A stretch of DNA of 12,169 nucleotides from an uncultured bacterium (GCA_963977445.1 CAXBPH010000210.1:1-12169), one strand, 5' to 3'; counted from the first letter of the stretch, positions 1-7,520 are shown. The notes: a model not told the origin generated them from the letters alone. Numbers and translations: made by a program.

Positions 1-627
1 CTGGGTGCCACGGACAAGCCCGCAGGGCTTGCCCGTGCAGAACGACAAAATCGACGGAAGACAAAACCCCAGCCCAACGGGCGGAACTGACAGAATCGAA
101 CGCTCCGGTACCAGACGTGTCCTTTACAATGTCCACGTTACCTTTGTGAAACGAAGAAAGACGTCTGGGTGCCACGGACAAGCCCGCAGGGCTTGCCCGT
201 GCAGAACGACAAAATCGACAAGAGTCAAAATCCGAGCCCAACTGGTGGGAACTGACAGAATCGAATGCTCCGGCACCAGATGTGCTCCTCACAATGTCCA
301 CGTTACTCTTGTGAAACGAAGAATGATGTTTGGGTGCCACGGACAAGCCCGCAGGGCTTGCCCGTGTACTGTTGCAAGATCGACGAAAGACAAAATCCCA
401 ACGCAAGTAGTGAGAATGACTGTGTCAAACCCTCCGGTAGCAGGCGTGCTCCTCACAATGCCCAATGCCCACGTTACTCTTGTGGAACGAAGAATGATGT
501 ATGGGTGCCACGGACAAGCCCGCAGGGCTTGCCCGTGTACTGTTGCAAGATCGACGAAAGACAAAATCCCAACGCAAGTAGTGATAATGACTGCGTCAAA
601 CACTCCGATTCCCCACGTGCCCCTCAA
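1..627. repeat. Tandem array of about 4 units (periods 164, 165, 171 bp), each carrying an identical 36-bp palindromic REP-like core; may continue beyond the left edge
   Basis: TGGGTGCCACGGACAAGCCCGCAGGGCTTGCCCGTG is identical at 2-37, 166-201, 331-366 and 502-537. The intervening ~130-bp segments are homologous but diverged (units 1 and 2 alike, units 3 and 4 alike). The core folds as CACGGACAAGCCC-GCA-GGGCTTGCCCGTG, a 13-bp stem with one A/C mismatch. Confidence 0.95.
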
Positions 628-632
628 ATAGC

Positions 633-664
633 AAAAGACCCCGATGAAATCACTCATCGGGGCC
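633..664 (-). terminator. Intrinsic (Rho-independent) terminator for the DUF1080 gene
   Basis: Stem CCCCGATGA (639-647) / TCATCGGGG (654-662), extendable to 637-664. On the minus strand it is followed by TTTT (636-633). It lies about 30 bp downstream of the stop at 694. Confidence 0.75.
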
Positions 665-693
665 CAAACAGTCAACGACATACCAACGCGTAT

Positions 694-1476
694 TTATTTC
701 GCGCTCAAATCCCGGTAAAACAGGTCTTTTGCTTCAACCATCATGCCGTCGTTGTGGCATTGCAGCGCGAAGAAACCCTTGGCATAGTCTCCGTCTTCAT
801 AGGTCATGACGAGTTCGTCCTGAACCCAGATTTGTATTTTCGTGCCCACCATCTTGACGCGCATGGAAAACCATTCGCCGTCTTTTGTGAGCAATTTCTC
901 GGCCTTGCCCGTCGGGGTGCCGGGTTTCCAGAGCCAGCCTGTGTGGGCGTCCTGGTTGTGGCAAATCTGCGCTTCGTAGCCTTCGGGATAGCCGTCTACA
1001 TTATCCGCAGGGGGATTGGCCCGGAAATACATGCCGCTGTTGGCACCACCACCGAGATCGGTAATCTTATACATGCCCTTGATTTCCAGGTCGGTGAGCT
1101 CGGGGGCGGCATACAGATGGCCCTGACCACCGGGGGATTGACCGGTGATGACGCCGTCTTTCACTTCCCACGTTGCGGCACCGTGAGGGGTCCAGCCGTC
1201 GAGGTTTTCACCATTAAAGAGAGAAACCCACGCCATCTCCGCTTCGGGGGCGTCGGTAGCCGGTGCCTCTTCCATGGGCTTGGCTTCTTCCACAGCTGCG
1301 GCAGGCGTTTCCACGGCCGGGGCCGCTTCTTCTACAACAGCTTCGGCGACGGTGCTTGCTTCGTCCACCGTGGCCACGTTGGCGTCCGGCTCGGCGGGAG
1401 GCGTCGTTGCGGGTCCGCAGGCGGCCAGACTAAGGCCCACTACGGAAAGTAGTGCGATGTGTTTGTAAATTTTCAT
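694..1476 (-). CDS. DUF1080 (3-keto-disaccharide hydrolase family) lipoprotein, 260 aa
   Basis: Start moved to ATG 1476 (GAGGA upstream). Signal peptide MKIYKHIALLSVVGLSLAAC has a lipobox LAAC. An Ala/Glu/Pro-rich linker precedes the DUF1080 motifs WVSLFNGENLDGW, WEVKDGVI, NSGMYFR, GYEAQI, GEWFSMRV and GFFALQCH. Confidence 0.9.
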   Translation of the reverse strand: MKIYKHIALLSVVGLSLAACGPATTPPAEPDANVATVDEASTVAEAVVEEAAPAVETPAAAVEEAKPMEEAPATDAPEAEMAWVSLFNGENLDGWTPHGAATWEVKDGVITGQSPGGQGHLYAAPELTDLEIKGMYKITDLGGGANSGMYFRANPPADNVDGYPEGYEAQICHNQDAHTGWLWKPGTPTGKAEKLLTKDGEWFSMRVKMVGTKIQIWVQDELVMTYEDGDYAKGFFALQCHNDGMMVEAKDLFYRDLSAK

Positions 1477-1650
1477 GTTCTTCCTCATTTCTGCTTTTTT
1501 TGCGGTTCTTGTGTGCTGTGCCAGCGTAGGTACAGACACAGAGAATTCTCCGAAAAGGTATTAGATACAGCCCGAGTGTACGCCCTCGCCGTCGTTCGTG
1601 ACAAATGTTTCTTCGCCAACCCCTGCATGCAGGGCCTTGCCTCCCTGCGC

Positions 1651-1679
1651 TGGACCCGCCTGAATTGACCTGCTATCAT
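1651..1679 (+). promoter_or_regulatory. Candidate sigma70-type promoter with extended -10
   Basis: TGGACC (1651-1656), 17 bp, then TATCAT (1674-1679) preceded by TG (TGCTATCAT). It lies directly upstream of the ATG at 1690. Confidence 0.4.
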
Positions 1680-1689
1680 GCAGATAACC

Positions 1690-2613
1690 ATGAAAAACCC
1701 CGTCAACACGTTCGTAAAGTCTCTCCTTCCGCCATCGCTGCTGGAGGGCTTTCGCGTATACCGCTCTCTGCCCCGGCAGGTCAAAAAACTGCAACGTCAA
1801 CTGCTTATACTCGCGGAACATAGCGCAGGCAAGGCCGACGGCACGGGGGACGATAAAGCCGGTGGTCGCAGCGTGATCAACGCCCACGAGCTTCAGGTAT
1901 ACAGCCAAAATGGCGAAGACGGAATTCTTCAATATATTTTTTCCCAGATTGGCGTTACCAACCGGTGTTTTGTTGAGTTTGGCATGGGCGATGGCCGTGA
2001 ATGCAATACAGCCTGCCTTTCGCTCCGCAGTGGGTGGCAGGGCCTGCTGCTGGATGGAAACCCGAGCCGCGTAGCCCAGGCACAGGCCTTTTACGATCGG
2101 ATGTTGGGGATGGACCAGCAGGCGGTACAAATACTATCGGCCTGGGTGACGCGCGACAACATCAACGACTTGATTGGCGCTTCACTGAAGGAGCGGGAGC
2201 CCGATTTGTTGTCCATCGATATGGATGGAAATGACTATTGGGTCTGGCAGGCCCTGGAAATCGTGCAGCCCCGCGTCGTGGTCATTGAATACAGCGCGGT
2301 ACTCGGCTGGGAACGTCGCCGTACCACACCCTACGATCCCAGCTTCGTGCGATGGGAAAAACACCCCAGCGGCCTATACGCCGGTGCGTCTCTCGCCGCT
2401 CTGGCCGCACTTGGCGCGACGAAGGGCTATCGTCTTGTGGGATGCAATCGCCACGGCGTGAACGCCTTTTTTGTCCGTGAAAATGAGATGACCGAAGCAC
2501 TCCCCGAAGTTATCCCGGAGGTGGCCTACTATGCCTGCGACGATCTTCTGTTGGGAGCTATTGGTCCGGAGCGATTCTCCGAGATTGCGACGATGCCCTT
2601 TGACGACGTGTAA
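1690..2613 (+). CDS. FkbM-like SAM-dependent methyltransferase-fold protein (conserved hypothetical)
   Basis: Motifs YSQNGEDGI, FVEFGMGDG.ECNT, GWQGLLLDG, DLLSIDMDGNDYWVW, PRVVVIEY and GASLAAL...KGYRLVGCN..GVNAFFVR. Start is 1690 or 1678; the 1678 ATG overlaps the putative -10. Confidence 0.75.
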   Translation: MKNPVNTFVKSLLPPSLLEGFRVYRSLPRQVKKLQRQLLILAEHSAGKADGTGDDKAGGRSVINAHELQVYSQNGEDGILQYIFSQIGVTNRCFVEFGMGDGRECNTACLSLRSGWQGLLLDGNPSRVAQAQAFYDRMLGMDQQAVQILSAWVTRDNINDLIGASLKEREPDLLSIDMDGNDYWVWQALEIVQPRVVVIEYSAVLGWERRRTTPYDPSFVRWEKHPSGLYAGASLAALAALGATKGYRLVGCNRHGVNAFFVRENEMTEALPEVIPEVAYYACDDLLLGAIGPERFSEIATMPFDDV

Positions 2614-2681
2614 AAATAGTTGTTGTTTGTAAGATCGAATGATCCGTCGCCGCAGCTTCGGGTCGATAGAAAGCGCGGGGA

Positions 2682-3635
2682 ATGCTGAATCGTGTACTGA
2701 AATACTGGGTGGACGGATTCGTTCTTTGGGTGCTGCTCTTCTCGGTGCTCGCGTGGTTTTTTCCGGAGCCCTTCCAGGCACTCAAAGGGGGTATCGTGCC
2801 CGGTCTGGGTCTTATCATGTTTGGCATGGGCATGAGCCTGTTGCCGGAAGATTTCCTCCGCGTGCTGAAGGAACCCCGGGCGGTGGGCTGTGGGTTGGTC
2901 GGTCAGTTTCTCATCATGCCGGTCGTTGCCTGGGGCATCGCCCATCTCTTCGGACTGCCCGACGCCATCCAGTTGGGTTTCATCATTCTGGGATGCTGTC
3001 CCGGCGGCACGGCCTCAAACGTAATCGTCTATCTGGCCCGGGGCAACGTGGCCCTCTCCGTAACCATGACCGCGTGCTCGACCGTGGCTGCCGTGGTGAT
3101 GACCCCACTACTCATCAAGCTCCTGGGTAGTCGGGTCGTGCCCGTTGAGGCCTTTCCCCTGTTTAAAAGCGTTGTATCAATTGTTCTCCTTCCCGTGGGC
3201 GCCGGTCTGGCCATGCATCTCCTCCTCGGGAAACGGGCAGAACGTGTCAATGCAATATTCCCGGCCATCTCGGTGACGGTCATTGTCCTGGTGGTCGCGG
3301 CCATTGTCGGACTCTCCCACGACTCCCTTCCCGAGGTGGGGTTGCTGCTCGCCGTCGCCGTGCTGTTCCACAATACCCTTGGTCTTGGGTTGGGCTACGG
3401 CCTGGCGCGGCTGGCTGGGTTGTCCAAGGAAAATTGCCGGACGATTGCCATCGAAGTGGGCATGCAGAATAGTGGGCTGGGTGTGGCGCTCGCGACAAAG
3501 CACTTCGCCCTCACCCCGACGGCCGCCTTGCCCTCCGGTCTATTCAGCGTCGTACACAACCTTACGGGATCACTGCTGGCGAGCTACTGGAGCAAATCGT
3601 CTGTGGCAGAAGGTTCATCTGACGATGTGAAATAG
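2682..3635 (+). CDS. Bile acid:sodium symporter (BASS/SBF) family transporter, PanS-like
   Basis: Highly hydrophobic 317-aa protein with family motifs LGLIMFGMG, CPGGTASNV, GNVALSVTMT, HNTLGLGLGY and IEVGMQNSGLG. Substrate cannot be determined from sequence. Confidence 0.92.
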   Translation: MLNRVLKYWVDGFVLWVLLFSVLAWFFPEPFQALKGGIVPGLGLIMFGMGMSLLPEDFLRVLKEPRAVGCGLVGQFLIMPVVAWGIAHLFGLPDAIQLGFIILGCCPGGTASNVIVYLARGNVALSVTMTACSTVAAVVMTPLLIKLLGSRVVPVEAFPLFKSVVSIVLLPVGAGLAMHLLLGKRAERVNAIFPAISVTVIVLVVAAIVGLSHDSLPEVGLLLAVAVLFHNTLGLGLGYGLARLAGLSKENCRTIAIEVGMQNSGLGVALATKHFALTPTAALPSGLFSVVHNLTGSLLASYWSKSSVAEGSSDDVK

Positions 3636-4066
3636 TGGTCATTCCACGCTAGGAGTCAGACTCCTGGGTGAATGAAAAAGGGGCTATTCTCGTAGTGCCG
3701 ATTCTCGGGCGTCCGGCGGCATAAATGTCCTTCCAAGCTCGGCCATTTTTTCGAATCACGGGTGGGCGTACAACCCTCAAAAGGAGTACACGTCGTTTCT
3801 TCCAGGCCTTCAACCGGAGCGGGCAGGTTGTCGTGCGGTTGACCTGCGAATCGCCACGATGCTTCGAAGGGCCGGCTTAGAGCGCCAACGGCCCATGATC
3901 AGAGGACGGTCCAACGCACAAGGGCTGAAAGTCCGCTGCATCAACCCGTTTCATCGACCCGATTTGCCCTGTAGCTCCTGTAATCTGCACGGGCCCCAAG
4001 AAACCAAATTGAACTCTGACAATCGATTCATTTACGGTAGGGAGAACTTTGGTTCAAGGAGTTCAT

Positions 4067-5572
4067 ATGTTCGTTTACAGGCGAAAAATTGCAGGTAGAT
4101 TGATAGCTGTTCCGGGTGTCAGCGTTGCCCGGTCCTTCCTGGTGGTCGCTGGCTTTTTCACGGGCTTGGCGGCGGCCCAGGCGCAACCTCCAACGGAGGC
4201 CGCTTCCGAATCGCAACAGCGGCCCAACGTGGTTATCTTCCTCATCGATACACTACGTGCCGATCGCCTGGGCATCTATGGCTACGACAAGCCGACCTCG
4301 CCCCACATCGACGCACTCGCCCCGTCGGCCGTACGGTTCAGTCACGCAGAATCAGCGGCCCCCTGGACCCTCCCGTCCATTGTGTCCCTCATGACATCCA
4401 AGCATCCCGTCGAACATGGCGTTGTCGCGGATGGGCGTCACGCCGACCCTGCCGCGCCCGTTCTTGCGGAAAGACTCCAGCGCTTGGACTACCAGACCGA
4501 ATCGTACTATGCCAACGAGTTTGCCGGCAGCGCGAGCGCCATGACCCGTGGTTTCGACCACGCCGCACTCGTAACCCACACGGACGGCAACGACGTCCGG
4601 AAATTTCTCAACGAGCGAGACGAGAAACGCCCCTTCTTCCTCTATATCCACAATGTGGAGCCCCATAATCCCTTTGAGCTGCGCGTGGGAGAGCGCTACA
4701 CCGAGCATTTCGGTGAGGTCGACTTCGTCAATCGACGGAATATGCTGGATCTATACGTAAACTATCGCGGCGCTACACGAAAAGCTGAAGGAGAAGGCGC
4801 AGCGCGAACGAAGCAGCAAACAGCCTATCTCGCGGAACTTCAAGCCTTGAAGTCGTCCACGATTGATGTGCTCTACGATGCATCCGTGCGCCTCGCCGAT
4901 GAACGGGTCGGCGAAGTGATCGCCGCGCTGCGCGAGGGAGGCGTATGGGAGAACACCGTATTCGTTTTGCTATCCGATCACGGGGAAGAAATGGGGGAGC
5001 ATGGGGGCTGGCAACATGACCAGTCGGTATATGCAGAGTTGGTTCATGTGCCTTTTCTGATTCGCTTTCCCCGCGATGTCCGTGGCGGTCAGGTGCTTGC
5101 GTCTCCCGCAACGCTCGTGGATGTGGTACCAACCCTGCTGGATTTGCTTGGTGAAGTTCCTGAGCCAGGGGCCTCACAGGGGACATCGCTCCTGCCCATC
5201 ATTCGTGGGGACGAAGGGGCTCGGGCCGCATGGGATGAAAGAATTCACTTTACCGCCCAGCGCGTTAACGTATTGAAATACTATCAACCCTTCAAAGCGT
5301 CACGGGGCGATTTCAACATCGTCATGCGACAGGGCTCCTGGAAAGCCATCTGGAATGGCGAGCAAGATGTGATGGAGCTCTACACGGTGAGTGAAGACCC
5401 CACCGACTCCGTAAATCTGGCGGAGAAACATCCCGCCTTGGTGGAGAGCTTCCGTGAGGCAGTGAAACAGCGATTCGGTGGGCTGCAACTGGAAGACTTT
5501 GAGACCGAGAAGGGGAGCTGGGAACTGACACCCGCCCAGATTGAAAATCTAAAGACCCTGGGTTACTTGTAG
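4067..5572 (+). CDS. Exported sulfatase-like hydrolase/transferase (alkaline phosphatase superfamily), 501 aa
   Basis: AAGGAG at 4056-4061 precedes ATG 4067. Signal-like N-terminus ends AAAQA. Motifs RPNVVIFLIDTLRADRL, APWTLPS..SLMTS, PFFLYIH..EPH.P, YDASVR..D, SDHGEE.GEHG, HVPFLI, DVVPTLLDL, ELY....DP....NLA and C-terminal LKTLGYL. Confidence 0.9.
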   Translation: MFVYRRKIAGRLIAVPGVSVARSFLVVAGFFTGLAAAQAQPPTEAASESQQRPNVVIFLIDTLRADRLGIYGYDKPTSPHIDALAPSAVRFSHAESAAPWTLPSIVSLMTSKHPVEHGVVADGRHADPAAPVLAERLQRLDYQTESYYANEFAGSASAMTRGFDHAALVTHTDGNDVRKFLNERDEKRPFFLYIHNVEPHNPFELRVGERYTEHFGEVDFVNRRNMLDLYVNYRGATRKAEGEGAARTKQQTAYLAELQALKSSTIDVLYDASVRLADERVGEVIAALREGGVWENTVFVLLSDHGEEMGEHGGWQHDQSVYAELVHVPFLIRFPRDVRGGQVLASPATLVDVVPTLLDLLGEVPEPGASQGTSLLPIIRGDEGARAAWDERIHFTAQRVNVLKYYQPFKASRGDFNIVMRQGSWKAIWNGEQDVMELYTVSEDPTDSVNLAEKHPALVESFREAVKQRFGGLQLEDFETEKGSWELTPAQIENLKTLGYL

Positions 5573-5608
5573 GCCAGATCGAAGTCGCCTGAAATTACGA
5601 CACCGTGA

Positions 5609-6289
5609 CTACGAAGAATGGTCCGGCTTGTCTTCCGTTTCGGGCGCTTCGTCGATGGCTTCGACCGAAACCTCCTCTGAAGGGGTGCTTTCGGCAGTTT
5701 CCGTTTCGGGCGTTTCTTCGATAGTTTCGACCGGAACCTCCTCTGATGAGGGGCTATCTGGCATTTCCGTTTCCGGCTCCACGTCTACAACGGATTCCTC
5801 AACGGCTTCGGTGCCTTCACCCTCGGCAACCCGTTGGGAATCTTCCACTTCGTTGGCGGTCGCTTCTTCGGCGACAGTCCCATGGTCGTCTACGTCGTGT
5901 TCCTGGGCGTCGGAATAGGGTTCGTCGTGGGAGGCGTCGTCGGTGTTTTCCTCATCGGACTCATCCGGTGTTTCGACGACCGGCAAATCATAGACCGGAC
6001 GGTAGCGACGGACCACCTTCGGTGGCTGGCTTTCCACGGCGGGCTGCCATTCTTCCCGTGTCTCTTCGAGATAGCTGCGAAGATACACCCGGGTCGTCAG
6101 GATATGAAACTGGACGGGTGCGTCGAAGGTATCCTTCCAACGGCCCTGATTGATAACGCCGTAGACCTGGCCCCGTTCTTCCAGGAATCGCTCCAGGGCA
6201 AGATCAGGATCCGCGGTCCCATGCGCCCGCAGGAAGGCTTCCGGTGTCTCTTCGCCCACAAATGTTTGCCAATAGTCGTGATTTGTCAT
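5609..6289 (-). CDS. Hypothetical protein with a ~80-aa globular-looking N-terminus and an acidic low-complexity C-terminus
   Basis: 226-aa ORF filling the gap, convergent with the sulfatase-like gene. It has a coherent Glu/Asp/Pro/Thr-rich tail with in-frame 66-bp repeats, and an extended -10 lies directly upstream. Confidence 0.75.
   Translation of the reverse strand: MTNHDYWQTFVGEETPEAFLRAHGTADPDLALERFLEERGQVYGVINQGRWKDTFDAPVQFHILTTRVYLRSYLEETREEWQPAVESQPPKVVRRYRPVYDLPVVETPDESDEENTDDASHDEPYSDAQEHDVDDHGTVAEEATANEVEDSQRVAEGEGTEAVEESVVDVEPETEMPDSPSSEEVPVETIEETPETETAESTPSEEVSVEAIDEAPETEDKPDHSS
5633..5777 (-). repeat. In-frame 66-bp (22-aa) intragenic tandem repeat, about 2.2 copies
   Basis: TTCCGTTTC recurs at 5633, 5699 and 5765. 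Protein: PETEMPDSPSSEEVPVETIEET / PETETAESTPSEEVSVEAIDEA / PETE. Confidence 0.85.
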
Positions 6290-6295
6290 GGCCCC

Positions 6296-6304
6296 ATTCT
6301 AGCA
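6296..6304 (-). promoter_or_regulatory. Extended -10 promoter element, probably producing a leaderless mRNA
   Basis: The minus strand reads TGCTAGAAT-GGGGCC-ATG, so the -10 hexamer is 6 nt before the start codon at 6289. Confidence 0.55.
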
Positions 6305-6417
6305 GAAGTCAGTCGGTCAGAAACAGAGCGCCGGGCAGGGAAATCCCACTAAAAGGGCGAAGGCTCCTCTCGAACTTTTTCCAAGTCAATTGCTTGCCAG
6401 CTCAAAGAATTTGGGAT

Positions 6418-6442
6418 TGGGAGCGCCGGCGGCCCGCCGGCA
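6418..6442. repeat. Single REP-like GC-rich palindrome
   Basis: TGGGAGC followed by GCCGGCGG-C-CCGCCGGC, a perfect 8-bp inverted repeat at 6425-6441. Intergenic and single-copy in this window. Confidence 0.5.
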
Positions 6443-6489
6443 TTACGTCGAAGACGTAAGAGTAGCGTGCTTTCGGCACGGGGCACTCG

Positions 6490-6498
6490 TGGTAGAAT
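6490..6498 (+). promoter_or_regulatory. Extended -10 promoter element for the ferredoxin gene
   Basis: TGGTAGAAT ends 28 bp upstream of ATG 6527; GGAG RBS at 6517-6520. Confidence 0.5.
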
Positions 6499-6526
6499 GA
6501 ACCCAACGACCATTTTGGAGTACCCC

Positions 6527-6820
6527 ATGAAACAAAAGCCCGTACCACACGCCCTCAGTGTCTTCGTTTGCACCAATGGTGGAAGCAAGAAGTGCCAGGG
6601 GGGCAAAAAACTCTACGCCCAACTCAAAAAAGAGGTAAAGCAACGCAAGCTCCACCAACAGGTACGGGTGTGCCCCTCGGGCTGCATGGATCAGTGCGAT
6701 AAAGGTCCCAACGTCATGATTTTCCCCGACAACATCTGGTTGTGCCGCGTGCGCGATGGCGACATCGACGAAATCATGAAGCATCTGGCGGCCCACCTCT
6801 ATCTGGAAGAAGGTTGTTAA
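6527..6820 (+). CDS. Thioredoxin-like [2Fe-2S] ferredoxin family protein, 97 aa
   Basis: VFVCTN...KKC and SGCMDQCDKGPNVMIFPDNIW give the four-Cys pattern of the TRX-like ferredoxin family. Start set at ATG 6527 by the GGAG RBS. Confidence 0.88.
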   Translation: MKQKPVPHALSVFVCTNGGSKKCQGGKKLYAQLKKEVKQRKLHQQVRVCPSGCMDQCDKGPNVMIFPDNIWLCRVRDGDIDEIMKHLAAHLYLEEGC

Positions 6821-6844
6821 CCTTTTGTCCCCGTGTGCCGTTTT
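6816..6844 (+). promoter_or_regulatory. Candidate ECF sigma-dependent (autoregulatory) promoter
   Basis: GTTAAC (6816-6821), 17 bp, then CGTTTT (6839-6844). This matches the generic AAC...CGT ECF promoter architecture and lies 30 bp upstream of the sigma gene. Confidence 0.45.
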
Positions 6845-6873
6845 GTTAGTGGAATTTACGTGGAAGGAATAGC

Positions 6874-7449
6874 TTGAAGGCCCTGGATGACAAGGAGCTC
6901 GCCCTCGCGCTCCAGAAGGGGGTGGAGGAGGCGTTTGATGAGATCGTGTTGCGCTTCCAAGGGCGCGTGTACGCCGTGGCCTACCGTGTCCTCGGGAATC
7001 GGGAAGATGCCCTCGATGCCAGTCAGGATGTGTTCCTCAAGGTCTACCGACGCATAGACCGTTGGAAACCGACGGGGGGATTTCTGCCCTGGGTCTTGCG
7101 CATGACCACCAACCACAGTATTGACCAGCTCAGAAAGAAACGTCGCTATCCGGAGCAATCGCTGGAAGAGGCCTTCGTGCCCACCTCCGAGGGCGCATCG
7201 GTTGAGCCCACCTCCATGCAGACGGAACGAATCGTACGGGGCCGGGAAATTGAATCAAGAATTCGGGAGGCGTTGCCCGTTCTGTCGCCCTCCCAACGTG
7301 AAGTCTTCTTGCTGCGGCACTATGAGGGATTTCAATTGGCGGAAATCGCGGAAACTATGGGATGCACGGTCGGTAGTGTGAAAGTTCACCTCTTCCGTTC
7401 ATTGAAGAAACTGCAAAAAGAACTCAGTGACTTGTACGAGAATGTATAA
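6874..7449 (+). CDS. ECF-type RNA polymerase sigma-70 factor
   Basis: Region 2 motifs AFDEIV, DALDASQDVFLKVY and FLPWVLRMTTNHSID. Region 4 motif LSPSQREVFLLRHYEGFQLAEIAETMGCTVGSVKVHLFR. TTG start with GGAAGGA upstream. Confidence 0.95.
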   Translation: MKALDDKELALALQKGVEEAFDEIVLRFQGRVYAVAYRVLGNREDALDASQDVFLKVYRRIDRWKPTGGFLPWVLRMTTNHSIDQLRKKRRYPEQSLEEAFVPTSEGASVEPTSMQTERIVRGREIESRIREALPVLSPSQREVFLLRHYEGFQLAEIAETMGCTVGSVKVHLFRSLKKLQKELSDLYENV

Positions 7450-7520
7450 GAGCCCGAATGCGTTCGTGCCTGTCGGTTTTTGGTGTTATCAAAGGTCGGC
7501 CACGACGGAAAGGTAGTGGT

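Noticed and set aside
1..627. CRISPR array (36-bp identical palindromic repeats)
   Set aside because: The intervening segments are ~130 bp and homologous to each other rather than unique 30-45-bp spacers, and no cas genes are in the window.
5..631. 208-aa ORF with repeated GCHGQARRACPC, suggesting a Cys-rich repeat protein
   Set aside because: It is a translation of the DNA repeat. The first period (164 bp) shifts frame, several frames are open, and the conserved part is a DNA palindrome.
265..1452. 395-aa plus-strand ORF
   Set aside because: It is repeat DNA fused to the antisense shadow of the DUF1080 gene, with no recognisable motifs.
3639..3679. Intrinsic terminator after the BASS transporter
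   Set aside because: The hairpin is followed by an A-tract on the plus strand, so no U-tract follows the stem on either strand.
5834..6352. 172-aa hydrophobic plus-strand ORF and overlapping ORFs at 5628-6153
   Set aside because: These are antisense shadows of the acidic minus-strand gene; the composition follows from reverse-complemented Glu/Asp codons.
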